This document shows positions 9,353 through 24,584 of a DNA stretch of 64,000 bases, piece after piece. The stretch is from NCBI GenBank assembly GCA_963718235.1, contig CAVQYR010000001.1, forward strand, positions 160,001 to 224,000, in the 5' to 3' direction. This stretch comes from an uncultured Actinomycetota bacterium (GTDB taxonomy: Bacteria > Actinomycetota > Actinomycetes > JAHEKZ01). Both the position numbers and the translations under genes were made by a program. Numbering within the stretch: the stretch's first letter is position 1; each line of letters begins with the position of its first letter. A model generated the notes under the pieces. The model saw only the letters and a program-made list of their open reading frames with translations. It had not been told where the DNA came from and did no database searches.

Positions 9353-10538
9353 GTGGCCCGAGACCCAGTACCCCTTGTCCCCCACCTGCGCGGGCTCGGG
9401 ACGACGATCTTCGCCGAGATGTCAGCGCTGGCCACCTCCACTGGCGCGGTCAACCTCGGACAAGGGTTCCCCGACACCGACGGTCCCGCCTCGGTCGCCC
9501 AGGCAGCCGCGGACGCGGTGCTCTCCGGTCACGGCAACCAGTACCCGCCCGGCCCCGGGATCCCCGAGCTGCGCCAAGCGGTCGTCGACCATCAGCGCAC
9601 GGTGTACGGCATCGAGCTCGACGTCGACCGGCAGGTCCTGGTCACGACCGGCGCCACCGAAGGCATCGCCGCCGCGATCCTGGCGCTGGTCGACGAAGGC
9701 GACGAGGTGATCGCCCTCGAACCGTTCTACGACTCCTACGCCGCGACGGTGACGATGGCGCGTGGGCGGATCGTCCCGGTCCGGTTGTCGGCACCTAACT
9801 TCGCCCTCGACGGCGACCGGTTGCGCGACGCGGTCAGCCCGCGCACGCGCATGATCCTCCTGAACAGTCCGCACAACCCGACCGGCGCCGTACTGACCTC
9901 CGCCGAGCTGGCTCTCGTCGCGGCAGTCGCGCACGAGCACGACCTGATCGTGGTCTCTGACGAGGTCTACGAGCATCTGGCCTTCGACCGGCCGCACGTG
10001 CCCATCTCAATGCTTCCCGGCATGGCCACGCGCACTCTGACCATCAGCAGCGTCGGCAAGTCGTTCTCCTTCACGGGGTGGAAGATCGGCTGGGTCACCG
10101 GCCCGGAGGACCTTGTCGCGGCAGTGCGCACCACCAAGCAGTACCTAACGTTCGTCAGCGGTGGCCCACTGCAGTACGCCGCGGCGTACGCGCTGAACCA
10201 CGAGCTGCCGTGGGTCGAGCTGCTGCGACTCGACCTCGCACGACGACGTGACCTGCTGTGCGATGGCTTGGCGGCGGCTGGGCCTCGCCGTCAATCGGCC
10301 CAGCGGCACGTACTTCGCCACCACCGACATCCGCTCGATCGGCTGGGACGACGGCATGGCCTTCTGTCGCGAGCTGCCTTCGCGCGTGGGTGTGGTCGCG
10401 GTCCCCTGTGCCCCGTTCTACCTGCAGTCGGACCCTGACGCCGTGTCGCTGGTGCGGTGGACCTTCAGCAAGCAGGACTCAGTGCTCGAGGAAGCGATCA
10501 GACGGCTGACAGGGTCAGCCCTGACGCGTCATCGCTGA
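9353..10538 (+). CDS. PLP-dependent class I aminotransferase (DapC/YbdL-like); +1 frameshift at ~10280
   Basis: [48 protein letters not shown]; the conserved C-terminus (GTYF...GVVAVP...VRWTFSK) continues in the next frame. Confidence 0.85.
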
Positions 10539-13071
10539 CGTCGACCCGCACGGTGTCGCCGTCCTTCACATCACCTGCGATCAGCAGGCGCGCCAAGGGG
10601 TCGCCGATCGCCGTCTGGATCAGACGGCGCAACGGGCGCGCACCGTAGGCGGGGTCGAACCCCTCGGTAGACAGCCACTCGCGCGCGCCGTCACTGACCT
10701 CGATCGTGATCCTTCGGTCGGCCAGCCGCTCGTCGAGGGCGACGACCTGGAGATCGACGATCCGGGCCAGCTCGTCGGGTGAGAGCGCATCGAAGAGCAC
10801 GACGTCATCGAGTCGGTTCAAGAACTCAGGCTTGAACGTCAAGCGCACCACGGCCATGACCGCGGCAGCCTTGGCGTCCTGGTCCATCTCCTGGTCGACG
10901 AGGAACTGCGAACCCAGGTTCGAGGTCAGGATCAGGATCGCGTTGCGGAAGTCGACGGTGCGCCCCTGGCCGTCGGTCAGGCGTCCGTCGTCGAGCACCT
11001 GCAGCAAGAGGTCGAAGACCTCGGGGTGGGCCTTCTCGACCTCGTCGAGCAGGACCACGCTGTAGGGGCGACGGCGTACCGCCTCGGTGAGCTGACCGCC
11101 CTCCTCGTAGCCGACATACCCGGGTGGGGCACCGACGAGCCGCGCCACCGAGTGCTTCTCGCCGTACTCGCTCATGTCGATCCGCACCATCGCGTGCGGG
11201 TCGTCGAACAGGAAGTCGGCCAGTGCCTTGGCCAGCTCGGTCTTGCCAACCCCCGTGGGGCCGAGGAAGAGGAAGGAGCCCGTGGGTCGGTTGGGGTCGG
11301 CGATCCCCGCCCGCGAGCGCCGGACGGCGTCGGACACCGACTGCACGGCGGCCCGCTGACCGATCACGCGGTGGCCGAGCTCGTCCTCCATGCGCAGCAA
11401 CTTGGCACTCTCGCCCTCGAGCAGGCGCCCAGCCGGGATTCCCGTCCAGGCCGCAACAACCTCGGCAATGTCGTCGGGGCCGACCTCCTCCTTCACCATC
11501 AGGTCAGTGGGGGTCTCGGCGGCCGCGGCCTCGGCCGCCTCCCGTTCCAGCTCCGGGATCTCGCCGTAGAGCAGCGCAGAGGCCGTCGCCAGGTCACCCT
11601 GACGCTGGGCGCGTTCGGCCTGGATCCGCAGCTCGTCCACCCGCATCTTCAGGTCACCGACCCGGTTGAGCGACGACTTCTCCTGCTCCCACCGCGCGTT
11701 CAGGGCGCTGAGCCGCTCCTGCTTGTCGGCGAGGTCGGCGCGCAGCTTCGCGAGCCGTTGGACCGAAGCGGCGTCGTCCTCCTTGGCCAGCGCCAGCTCC
11801 TCCATCAAGGCTCGGTCGACCGCGCGCTGCAGCTCGTCGATCTCGATCGGTGAGCTGTCGATCTCCATCCGCAACCGCGACGCTGACTCGTCGACGAGGT
11901 CGATCGCCTTGTCGGGCAGCTGGCGCGACGTGATGTATCGGTTGGACAAGGTGGCTGCCGCGACGAGGGCGCTGTCGGCGATCTGGACCTTGTGGTGAGC
12001 CTCGTAGCGCTCCTTGAGCCCCCGCAGGATCGCGACTGTGTCCTCGACACTCGGCTCGCCGACGAACACCTGCTGGAAGCGTCGTTCCAGGGCTGGGTCC
12101 TTCTCGACGTTCTCCCGGAACTCGTCGAGCGTCGTGGCGCCGATCATCCGCAGCTCGCCACGCGCCAGCATGGGCTTGAGCATGTTGCTCGCGTCCATCG
12201 ACGAGTCACCAGTGGCACCCGCACCCACCACGGTGTGCATCTCGTCGATGAAGGTGACGACCTGTCCCCCGGCGTCCTTGATCTCCTCCAGCACTGCCTT
12301 GAGGCGCTCCTCGAACTCTCCGCGGAACTTCGCGCCCGCGACCATCGCGCCGAGGTCGAGGGCGATCAGCCTCTTGCCACGCAGCGACTCGGGGACGTCG
12401 CCTGCGACGATGCGCTGCGCGAGACCCTCGACAACTGCGGTCTTGCCGACTCCCGGCTCGCCGATCAGCACCGGGTTGTTCTTGGTCCGACGGGACAGCA
12501 CCTGGATCACGCGGCGGATCTCGTTGTCACGCCCGATCACCGGGTCGAGCGCACCGTCGCGCGCACGCTCGGTGAGGTCGACGCCATACTTCTGCAGCGC
12601 GTCGAAAGTGCCTTCCGGATCTGCGGTCGTCACCCGCGAGGACCCGCGCACGCGGGCCAGCGCATCGGCCAGCGCGGTCTCGGTGGCTCCCGCCGCGGAC
12701 AGCAGCTCACGCGCTCCACTCGGCACCGTGGCCAGGGCGAGCAGCAGGTGCTCGGTGGAGACGAACGTGTCACCCCGCTCGGTGGCCCGCTCGGTGGCGG
12801 TGGCCAGGACTCGCTGCAGGGCACCGGATGCCTGCGGTGAGGCAACAGACGACCCGGCTGCGCTGGGAAGCGCGGCGACAGCGGCGCGCGCTCGCTCGGC
12901 CAACACGTCGCGGTCGACCCCGACCGCGCTCAGGACGGCCGTGGCGATTCCTTCGGGCTCATCGAGCAGTGCGAGCAGTACGTGCACCGGCTCGAGCGCC
13001 GGGTTGCCGTCGGTCACCGCCCGCCGCTGTGCCGCGGAGAGCACCTCGTGGCTTCGGGTGGTCAGTTCCAT
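10498..13071 (-). CDS. clpB: ATP-dependent chaperone ClpB
   Basis: Two AAA+ domains ([17 protein letters not shown]), coiled-coil middle domain, YGARPLRR. Confidence 0.97.
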   Translation of the reverse strand: MELTTRSHEVLSAAQRRAVTDGNPALEPVHVLLALLDEPEGIATAVLSAVGVDRDVLAERARAAVAALPSAAGSSVASPQASGALQRVLATATERATERGDTFVSTEHLLLALATVPSGARELLSAAGATETALADALARVRGSSRVTTADPEGTFDALQKYGVDLTERARDGALDPVIGRDNEIRRVIQVLSRRTKNNPVLIGEPGVGKTAVVEGLAQRIVAGDVPESLRGKRLIALDLGAMVAGAKFRGEFEERLKAVLEEIKDAGGQVVTFIDEMHTVVGAGATGDSSMDASNMLKPMLARGELRMIGATTLDEFRENVEKDPALERRFQQVFVGEPSVEDTVAILRGLKERYEAHHKVQIADSALVAAATLSNRYITSRQLPDKAIDLVDESASRLRMEIDSSPIEIDELQRAVDRALMEELALAKEDDAASVQRLAKLRADLADKQERLSALNARWEQEKSSLNRVGDLKMRVDELRIQAERAQRQGDLATASALLYGEIPELEREAAEAAAAETPTDLMVKEEVGPDDIAEVVAAWTGIPAGRLLEGESAKLLRMEDELGHRVIGQRAAVQSVSDAVRRSRAGIADPNRPTGSFLFLGPTGVGKTELAKALADFLFDDPHAMVRIDMSEYGEKHSVARLVGAPPGYVGYEEGGQLTEAVRRRPYSVVLLDEVEKAHPEVFDLLLQVLDDGRLTDGQGRTVDFRNAILILTSNLGSQFLVDQEMDQDAKAAAVMAVVRLTFKPEFLNRLDDVVLFDALSPDELARIVDLQVVALDERLADRRITIEVSDGAREWLSTEGFDPAYGARPLRRLIQTAIGDPLARLLIAGDVKDGDTVRVDVSDDASGLTLSAV

Positions 13072-13120
13072 CACGTCGTCCTCAGGTCTTGGGGTGCAGG
13101 AGTAGGAGTGTGCGCCGCCG

Positions 13121-13537
13121 TCAACGGAACGGGTTGCGCACGTGCACGACCGATGTGTGGCCACGCAGCGCAACCTCCGAGCCGGCCCCTGCCGACCCAC
13201 GACCGACGTCGGCGCCGACATGACGCAACAGCAGGTACGCGCGCTCGAGGTCGGCCTCGAGCTCGTCGACCCGTCGGTGCAGGGCGGCCACAGTCTGCTG
13301 GAGCTCCAGGACCTGACGGATGCCCTCCAGTCCGACACCTTCGCCGGACAGCTGCTGGATCTGGCGGAGCCGAGTCACGTCGCTGAGTGAGTAGCGTCGC
13401 CCGCCTCCGGCCGTGCGCTGCGGCGCGACCAACCCCAACCGGTCGTACTGCCGCAGCGTCTGGGCATGCAGACCGGTCAGCTGCGCCACGACCGAGATCA
13501 CGTAGACCGGCGAGTCGTCGAGCGGGTCGTAGGTCAT
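13121..13537 (-). CDS. hspR: Heat-shock repressor HspR (MerR family)
   Basis: [27 protein letters not shown]...GGGRRYS; directly after dnaJ. Confidence 0.95.
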   Translation of the reverse strand: MTYDPLDDSPVYVISVVAQLTGLHAQTLRQYDRLGLVAPQRTAGGGRRYSLSDVTRLRQIQQLSGEGVGLEGIRQVLELQQTVAALHRRVDELEADLERAYLLLRHVGADVGRGSAGAGSEVALRGHTSVVHVRNPFR

Positions 13538-13539
13538 CG

Positions 13540-14698
13540 TCACTCCTTCGCCGCGCTGGCCAGCAGGTCAATCCGAGGGTCGTGGTCGGTTGTGGCGTCG
13601 CGGTAGGCGCGCAGGGCGGCCAAGAGCATCGCCGTCGACCCGCTGCGGCACAGCGACATCGACAGTGGCCAGCAGGTCGCCTCGTCTGCCGTCCTTGCGC
13701 TTGAAACCCTTGCCGCGGACCCGCAACGTGCGCCCTGATGGCGTGCCCGCCGGGATCTTCACCGAGACCGGGTCGCCGTCGAGAGTCGGCACCTTCACGG
13801 TCGCCCCGAGGGTCGCTTCGGGGAAGGTGATCGGCACGGTGAGCGTCAGATGGTCGCCCTTGCGTCCGAAGACCGGGTGTCGGCGCACGTGCACGGTGAC
13901 GAACAGGTCACCCGGCTGTCCCCCGCCCTGTCCGGCCCCGCCCTTGCCCTTCACCCGGATCCGCGCGCCGTCCTTCACACCAGCGGGGAGCCGAACCTGC
14001 ACGGTGCGGGTCTGCTGACCCACCCCAATCCCTCGGCAGGCTGGGCACGGGTCGTCGACGACGACTCCTCGACCGTGGCAGTCGCGGCACGCCTCGGAGA
14101 ACGCGAACCCGCCTTGTTCCCGGACCGACTGCCCACTGCCGCGACAGCTCGCGCAGGAGTGCGGTGAGGTACCAGGCTTCGCGCCTGTACCCCCACAGGT
14201 GTGGCAGGGGCCGTCGGTCGACAACCGAAGCGGCAGAACCGTTCCGTCGACTGCGTCGCGGAAGCTGATCGTCACCTCCGCGTCGAGGTCGGTGCCTTTG
14301 CGCGCCCTGCGGCCGCGCGGTGCCCGCCCCCCGAACAGTCCGCCCAGCGTCTCGCCGAGGCCGCTGTCGCCGAAGAGGTCATCGAGGTTGACGGTGTGCT
14401 GGCCTCCCCCGAACGGGCTTCCAGCACCGAACGGGTTGCCCTGCCCACCGGAGAAGCCGGCCGATCCGTAGGCGCGCATCTCGTCGTACTCGCGGCGCTT
14501 GTCGTCGTCGGAGAGGACGTCGTAGGCCTCGGAGACCTCCTTGAACTTCTCCTCGGCCTGCGCGTCACCGGCGTTCGCGTCGGGATGGTGCTTGCGCGCG
14601 AGGGTGCGGTACGCCTTCTTGATCGCATCGGCGTCGGCGTCCTTGGCGACGCCGAGAGCCGCGTAGTAGTCCTTCTCCAGGTAGTCCCTGGTGCTCAT
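13540..14698 (-). CDS. dnaJ: Chaperone DnaJ; +1 frameshift at ~13623 near the C-terminus
   Basis: J-domain HPD, G/F region, four CxxCxGxG repeats; removing one base gives the tail [27 protein letters not shown] ending at 13540. Confidence 0.93.
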
Positions 14699-14728
14699 CG
14701 TCGTCGCCTCCCTTCGCGGTGACGTCGG

Positions 14729-19158
<4,430 letters not shown>

Positions 19159-19354
19159 GAGTCCTCCTGGGGGCCGACCTGACCGCGACCCACCACGGAG
19201 TCACGTCGCCCCCGACGGTAGTGCCCGTCGCGAGCGCAGGCCAAGAGACACCCCGCGGGCCTATTGGATACGTTGGGCGTCGGCTGACCCGCGAGTCAGC
19301 CGGTTCGGCACCCGAACCCGGGTGCTCGAGAGCCACGACCCCCAGGAGGACGCC

Positions 19355-21535
19355 GTGCGGGTGGCCCTCGTCATCGGCCTGTTGCTGACGGCTGCCGCGT
19401 TCGCGATCGCCGGTCGCCGGGTCTACGAGCTCTGGCGGATGTTCCGCAGCGGTCAGCGGGTCGCCCCACGTCGTCCCGTCGACCCCAGGGCGGCGATGGA
19501 GTCCGAGGCCACCGAGGTGCTGGGGCAGCGCAAGCTGCTCAAGTGGACCGTGCCCGGACTCGCCCACTTCTTCGCGTTCTGGGGGTTCATCGTCCTGGGG
19601 CTGACGATCCTCGAGGCGTACGGGGCGTTGTTCACCCCTGACTTCTCGATCCCGGTCATCGACCAGTGGGCGTGGGTGGCCTTCGTCGAGGACTTCTTCG
19701 GCGTCGCCGTCCTGGCCGCGCTCGCCGTCTTCACCGTCATCCGGATCCGGCAGAACCCGCACCGCCGCGGGCGCCTCTCGCGTTTCTACGGCTCGCACAC
19801 GGGCGCGGCGTGGCTCGTGCTGTTCATGATCTTCAACGTGGTCTGGACGCTGTTCCTGTACCGGGGCGCGCAGATCAACACCGGCAACTTCCCGTACCCC
19901 GACCAGTGGGCGTTCGCCTCGCAGGCCGTGGCCCAGGTGCTGGAGCCGTTGGGCGAGCTGGCCAACGAGCGGATCGAGACCGTTGCCATCCTGCTGCAGA
20001 TCGTCGTCATCCTCGGGTTCCTGGTGCTGGTCGTGTACTCCAAGCACCTGCACATCGGGCTGGCGCCCATCAACGTCTTGCTCAAGCGGCAGCCGAACGC
20101 CCTCGGCCCACTCCTGCCGATGTACTCGCACGGGCAGCCGATCGACTTCGAGGACCCCAAGGACGACGACGTGTTCGGGGTCGGCCGGGTCGAGGAGTTC
20201 ACCTGGAAGGGGCTGCTCGACTTCGCCACGTGCACCGAGTGCGGCCGCTGCCAGTCGCAGTGCCCGGCCTGGAACACCGAGAAGCCGTTGAGCCCGAAGC
20301 TGCTGATCATGGGCCTGCGCGACCACGCCTTCGCGAAGGCGCCCTATCTGGTTGCCGAGCGGTTCCCGACCTACCTCGCGGCCCAGCCGAACCAGCCCCT
20401 GCAGGCGGCCCCGGCGAACCTGGACGCTCTTCCGGCATCGGCGACCGCGCAGCTGGAGCGTCCGTTCGTCGGAGCAAGGCCCGAGGATGCCGACGCACCC
20501 CAGCCCGTCGTCGAGGACGACGTCCTGTGGTCGTGCACCTCCTGCGGAGCCTGCGTCGAGCAGTGCCCGGTCGACATCGAGCACATCGACCACATCATGG
20601 ACATGCGTCGCTACCAGGTGCTCGTCGAGAGCGAGTTCCCGAGCGAGCTCGGTGGGCTGTTCAAGAACATGGAGACCAAGGGCAACCCGTGGGGCATGAA
20701 TGCGTCGTCGCGCCTCGACTGGGCGGCCGACCTCCCGTTCGAGGTGCCGGTGGTCGACGGTCCCCTCGACGAGACCGTCGACTACCTGTTCTGGGTCGGC
20801 TGTGCCGGTGCCTTCGAGGACCGCGCCAAGAAGACGACCCAGGCCGTGGCCGAGCTGCTGCACATGGCCGGCGTCAGCTTCGCGGTGCTCGGCGAGAGCG
20901 AGACCTGCACCGGCGACTCGGCGCGGCGTTCGGGCAACGAGTTCCTGTTCCAGATGCTCGCGATGCAGAACGTCGAGACGCTGAACGAGATGGGTGTCAC
21001 CAAGATCGTGGTCACCTGTGCCCACTGCTTCAACACGCTGCGCAACGAGTACCCCCAGGTCGGCGGGCACTACCAGGTCGTGCACCACACTCAGCTGCTG
21101 AACGAGCTGGTTCGCGAGGGCCGACTCACCCCGGTCACCGCAGTCGACGAGCGGATCACGTATCACGACCCGTGCTACCTGGGTCGGCACAACAAGGTCT
21201 ACAGCCCTCCGCGCGACCTGCTCGGCGCACTGCCGCAGGCGGAGTTCACCGAGATGCCGCGCAACGGCGACCGCAGCTTCTGCTGCGGCGCCGGCGGTGC
21301 CCGGATGTGGATGGAGGAGAAGATCGGCAAGCGGATCAACATCGAGCGCACCGAGGAGGCGATCGGCACCGGCGCGCGCACGATCGCGATCGGGTGCCCG
21401 TTCTGCCGGGTGATGATCAGCGACGGCGTGTCCGAGATTCAGCGCGACGTCGAGAAGGACGAGCAGGTCCAGGTCATGGACGTGGCTCAGCTGCTGCTGC
21501 GGGCCGCCAAGAACGGCGCCCCCACCCCACGTTGA
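19355..21535 (+). CDS. Membrane Fe-S oxidoreductase, heterodisulfide-reductase-related (FadF/Rv0338c-like)
   Basis: N-terminal TMs; CTECGRCQSQCP, CTSCGACVEQCP; CCG domains (HDPCYLGR, CCGAGG, GCPFC); AGGAGG before GTG 19355. Confidence 0.92.
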   Translation: MRVALVIGLLLTAAAFAIAGRRVYELWRMFRSGQRVAPRRPVDPRAAMESEATEVLGQRKLLKWTVPGLAHFFAFWGFIVLGLTILEAYGALFTPDFSIPVIDQWAWVAFVEDFFGVAVLAALAVFTVIRIRQNPHRRGRLSRFYGSHTGAAWLVLFMIFNVVWTLFLYRGAQINTGNFPYPDQWAFASQAVAQVLEPLGELANERIETVAILLQIVVILGFLVLVVYSKHLHIGLAPINVLLKRQPNALGPLLPMYSHGQPIDFEDPKDDDVFGVGRVEEFTWKGLLDFATCTECGRCQSQCPAWNTEKPLSPKLLIMGLRDHAFAKAPYLVAERFPTYLAAQPNQPLQAAPANLDALPASATAQLERPFVGARPEDADAPQPVVEDDVLWSCTSCGACVEQCPVDIEHIDHIMDMRRYQVLVESEFPSELGGLFKNMETKGNPWGMNASSRLDWAADLPFEVPVVDGPLDETVDYLFWVGCAGAFEDRAKKTTQAVAELLHMAGVSFAVLGESETCTGDSARRSGNEFLFQMLAMQNVETLNEMGVTKIVVTCAHCFNTLRNEYPQVGGHYQVVHHTQLLNELVREGRLTPVTAVDERITYHDPCYLGRHNKVYSPPRDLLGALPQAEFTEMPRNGDRSFCCGAGGARMWMEEKIGKRINIERTEEAIGTGARTIAIGCPFCRVMISDGVSEIQRDVEKDEQVQVMDVAQLLLRAAKNGAPTPR

Positions 21536-21592
21536 TCTTGGACATGATCTGCCAGTTCGACCCGTCTGGACCTCATCTTCTCCATGATCAAC
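21531..21592. repeat. 62-bp palindromic repeat, family A copy 1
   Basis: GTTGATCTTGGA...TCCATGATCAAC; contains the stop codons of both flanking convergent genes. Confidence 0.9.
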
Positions 21593-22049
21593 TTGGGAGG
21601 GTGGGGGCGGGACGGCGTCGGCGAAGGACGAGCCCGCTGACGGCGAGCACCACCGCCGCCGCTGCGGCGACCAGCGCGGCGATCACGGTCACCACCGGGG
21701 CGCCCAGACCGCACAGCTCGGTGCACGTTCCGGTCCGGCGTCCCACGAAGCCGCCGACCTGGGCTGCTCCGACTGCGACGGCGCACGCCACCAGCACCCC
21801 TGAGGACAGGCGGACCAGCCACGCGCTCAGCCCACCGCTCCGTGGCCAGGGGACGCCGGCGAGCAGCAGCCCCACGCCCCCGGGCCCCAGGAGCACCAGC
21901 GCCGTCGTCAGCGGGGTGCTCAGGCGGTCGTCGACCGGAGCCCACGTGGGCTCGGCGGCGAGCCCGTAGCACCACGCGGCCAGCACACCGAGGCCGACCA
22001 CCCCCAGCCCGCCGCCCACCCACACGTTGATCTTGGACATCATCTGCAT
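21588..22049 (-). CDS. Small multi-TM hypothetical membrane protein bounded by two family A repeats
   Basis: About 4 hydrophobic segments, CTELC loop, basic C-terminus; start codon uncertain (ATGs at 22049/22043/22040 lie within the repeat). Confidence 0.65.
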   Translation of the reverse strand: MQMMSKINVWVGGGLGVVGLGVLAAWCYGLAAEPTWAPVDDRLSTPLTTALVLLGPGGVGLLLAGVPWPRSGGLSAWLVRLSSGVLVACAVAVGAAQVGGFVGRRTGTCTELCGLGAPVVTVIAALVAAAAAVVLAVSGLVLRRRRPAPTLPS

Positions 22050-22087
22050 GCTCGACCCGTCTGAGCGACAACTTCTCCATGATCAAC
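22026..22087. repeat. 62-bp palindromic repeat, family A copy 2
   Basis: 53/62 identical to copy 1, same orientation, 495 bp apart. Confidence 0.9.
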
Positions 22088-22100
22088 TTGGGGTGCAGGG

Positions 22101-22703
22101 TCAGGAGGGGGGCGGGGCGTCTCCCGGGTCGATCGGGGTGCGGTGGAAGCCCTGGAACGACTTGGACGGCGTCGGGCCGCGTTGCCCCTGGTAACGCGAG
22201 CCGTAGACCGACGACCCGTACGGGTGCTCCGCCGGCGACGACAGCCGGAACAGGCACAGCTGGCCGATCTTCATGCCGGGCCACAGCTTGATCGGCAGCG
22301 TGGCGACGTTGCTCAGCTCCAAGGTGACGTGCCCGGAGAAGCCGGGGTCGATGAAGCCCGCGGTCGAGTGGGTCAGCAGGCCCAGTCGCCCCAGCGACGA
22401 CTTGCCCTCCAGACGTCCGGCGACGTCGTCGGGCAGGGTCACCACCTCGTAGGTCGACGCCAGCGCGAACTCACCGGGGTGCAGGATGAACGGCTCGTCG
22501 CCGTGCGGCTCCACCAGCCGGGTCAGGTCGGGCTGCTCGGCGGCCGGGTCGATGTGCGGGTACCGGTGGTTCTCGAACACCCGGAAGTACCGGTCGAGCC
22601 GGACGTCGATGCTCGACGGCTGGACCATCGTCGGGTCGTACGGGTCGAGGCCGACCCGGCCGGAGCCCAGCTCGGCACGGATGTCGCGATCGGAGAGCAG
22701 CAC
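22101..22703 (-). CDS. dcd: dCTP deaminase
   Basis: [34 protein letters not shown]. Confidence 0.96.
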   Translation of the reverse strand: MLLSDRDIRAELGSGRVGLDPYDPTMVQPSSIDVRLDRYFRVFENHRYPHIDPAAEQPDLTRLVEPHGDEPFILHPGEFALASTYEVVTLPDDVAGRLEGKSSLGRLGLLTHSTAGFIDPGFSGHVTLELSNVATLPIKLWPGMKIGQLCLFRLSSPAEHPYGSSVYGSRYQGQRGPTPSKSFQGFHRTPIDPGDAPPPS

Positions 22704-22773
22704 GGGCGCGAGGCTACTAGCCGACCCCAGACTGGGGCATAATCGGGCTGGCGCCGCCCACCACGCGGCCCGC

Positions 22774-22844
22774 GCGGGTGTAGTTCAATGGCAGAACATC
22801 AGCTTCCCAAGCTGACAGTGCGAGTTCGATTCTCGTCACCCGCT
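22774..22844 (+). tRNA. tRNA-Gly(CCC)
   Basis: Acceptor GCGGGTG/CACCCGC, D-arm GTTC..GAAC, anticodon arm TCAGC-TTCCCAA-GCTGA, T-loop GTTCGATT; CCA not encoded. Confidence 0.95.
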
Positions 22845-23573
22845 CCGACGCGCCACCCACGTGGCCCGAAGGGTGGACTCCGACACCGCCTGAGTCGCGT
22901 ACTCCTCGGTCACCCCGACCAACCCGAAGCCGGCTTCGCCCAGCGCGCGGCTCACCTGATCGTCGGTGAAGAAGTACTGGCGATGGCGCTCGGTGAAGGT
23001 GTCGCCGTCGCTGAGGCGGGTGACCACGATCGTGGTGTCACACACCCTGTCGTCGACGTAGACCTCGCTGGAGATCGTGAAGCGCCGCCCGTGCGCCTCG
23101 CCGTCCACGACTGCGTGCGCGGCGGTGAAGTGCATCATCGCCTCGGTGTGCAGGTCGAAGACGAGCCAGCCACCCGGGCGCAGGTGCTGCGCCACCGCGC
23201 TCAGGCTGGCCCCCAGCTCCTCCGGCTCCAGGTAGTTCAGGCCGTCGAACGTCGACACCGCCGCGTCGAAGACCCCGTCGACGCTCAGGCGAGGCAGGGT
23301 CTGCTGCAGCAGGACGGCGTCCGGCCCGAGCAGCGACCGCGCCCGGCCGAGCATCGACGCCGACGCGTCGACTCCGGTCACCCGGCACCCTCGAGCCTGG
23401 AGCTCAGCCGCCATCAGCCCCGTGCCGCAGCAGACGTCGAGGACGCTGCGGACGCCGGCGTCGTCCTCGCGCCAGGCGTCGACGAGGAAGTCGGCCCAGC
23501 GGTCGTAGCAGGGGTCGACCACGATCTCGTCGTAGACCCCGGCCAGGCGGGTGTAGGCGTCGGTCCCGCTCAC
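22836..23573 (-). CDS. Class I SAM-dependent methyltransferase
   Basis: VLDVCCGTG, GVDASASML, LRPGGWLVFD; stop codon lies inside the tRNA 3' end. Confidence 0.88.
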   Translation of the reverse strand: MSGTDAYTRLAGVYDEIVVDPCYDRWADFLVDAWREDDAGVRSVLDVCCGTGLMAAELQARGCRVTGVDASASMLGRARSLLGPDAVLLQQTLPRLSVDGVFDAAVSTFDGLNYLEPEELGASLSAVAQHLRPGGWLVFDLHTEAMMHFTAAHAVVDGEAHGRRFTISSEVYVDDRVCDTTIVVTRLSDGDTFTERHRQYFFTDDQVSRALGEAGFGLVGVTEEYATQAVSESTLRATWVARRSG

Positions 23574-23607
23574 CTGCGGCTCACGACACGCAGGCGTACA
23601 CCGTCGT

Positions 23608-23886
23608 TCAGATCCCGAGGGCCTTGGCCTTGGCCGCGGAGAACTCCTCGTCGGTCAGGACACCCTGGCTGTGCAGCTGGGCCAGCTCCTGCAGCTTGGC
23701 GGTGGAGTCCTCCGGAGCGGGGGCGGCCTCGGCGGGTTCGGCGTACTGAGCCGGGGCCTGCTGGGCGTACTGCTCCTGAGCTTGCTGGTCGTACTTCGAG
23801 GCCTGGCGGTGCGCGACCCGCCCGGACACTGCGGTCGCTGTTCCAGCGACGACGGCGGTGCGCGCCGCCATGCGAAGAAGTCCCAT
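23608..23886 (-). CDS. SHOCT-domain protein
   Basis: AARTAVVAGTATAV; C-terminal LQELAQLHSQGVLTDEEFSAAKAKAL. Confidence 0.88.
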   Translation of the reverse strand: MGLLRMAARTAVVAGTATAVSGRVAHRQASKYDQQAQEQYAQQAPAQYAEPAEAAPAPEDSTAKLQELAQLHSQGVLTDEEFSAAKAKALGI

Positions 23887-23919
23887 CTCGATACCTCTCA
23901 GATCGTCAAGTGTCGGGGC

Positions 23920-24336
23920 CTACAGGTCGGGCAGGACGGCTTCTGCCACGTCGGCAGGGATCCTGATCTGGTCGATGACCACAGCATCGCTGTGGCGCAG
24001 GGCGTCGACGAACGTACGCGCCCAGACGTTCTCCCAGGCGATGAGGGCCACCGAGCTGTTCGGCTCGAGGTCGTCGGAGATCTCCTGGGCGTCCTCGTCG
24101 TTGAGTGCACCCGGCGCATGCAGCTCGAGCCCCGAGAACTGGGCGCCGACCTCGGGGTCGAGGTCGACGAGGTCGAAGGACCCGAGATTGCCCTCGGCGT
24201 CCTTGACCACGAACAGCAGGTCCAGCACTCGCACCGTGCCCGAGGACACGAGATCGGCAAGCGCAGGTGCGATCTTCCCGGTGAACTTGTTTCCAGGGAA
24301 GGCGATGATGGCCACATCGACCGGACCTAGGCCCAT
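23920..24336 (-). CDS. DUF6325-like protein (usual SHOCT partner)
   Basis: GPVDVAIIAFPG, GTVRVLDLLFV.KD, WENVWA, RIP. Confidence 0.75.
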   Translation of the reverse strand: MGLGPVDVAIIAFPGNKFTGKIAPALADLVSSGTVRVLDLLFVVKDAEGNLGSFDLVDLDPEVGAQFSGLELHAPGALNDEDAQEISDDLEPNSSVALIAWENVWARTFVDALRHSDAVVIDQIRIPADVAEAVLPDL

Positions 24337-24584
24337 GAATCCCTCCACGTCGTCGTTGCTGAGGACCGCACCCCGTCGCGTGGCGCGTCTGACGCACCCT
24401 AACGGCAGCCGACCGGACCTGCCACCGGCCACAGCATGTAGCGGGGGCCGGTGACGAGTGGTCGGCGGGACAGTCGAGGACCAGGCTCGACTCGGGTCGC
24501 CGGTGTCACCCGTTCGCCCGTCGACCCTCGATCCGAAGTCCGGACCATGGGACCATTCCGCGACGACACACCACCGGAGGACCC

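Noticed and set aside
10498-10538. Convergent 3' overlaps (also 28706-28734, 49220-49250, 55874-55892) as antisense regulation
   Set aside because: Short tail-to-tail overlaps are common in compact high-GC genomes, and there is no further evidence.
21531-22087. 62-bp repeats as CRISPR repeats or integron attC sites
   Set aside because: The 433-bp gap holds a gene, end polarity (GTT...AAC) is opposite to attC, and no IntI or cas gene is in the window.
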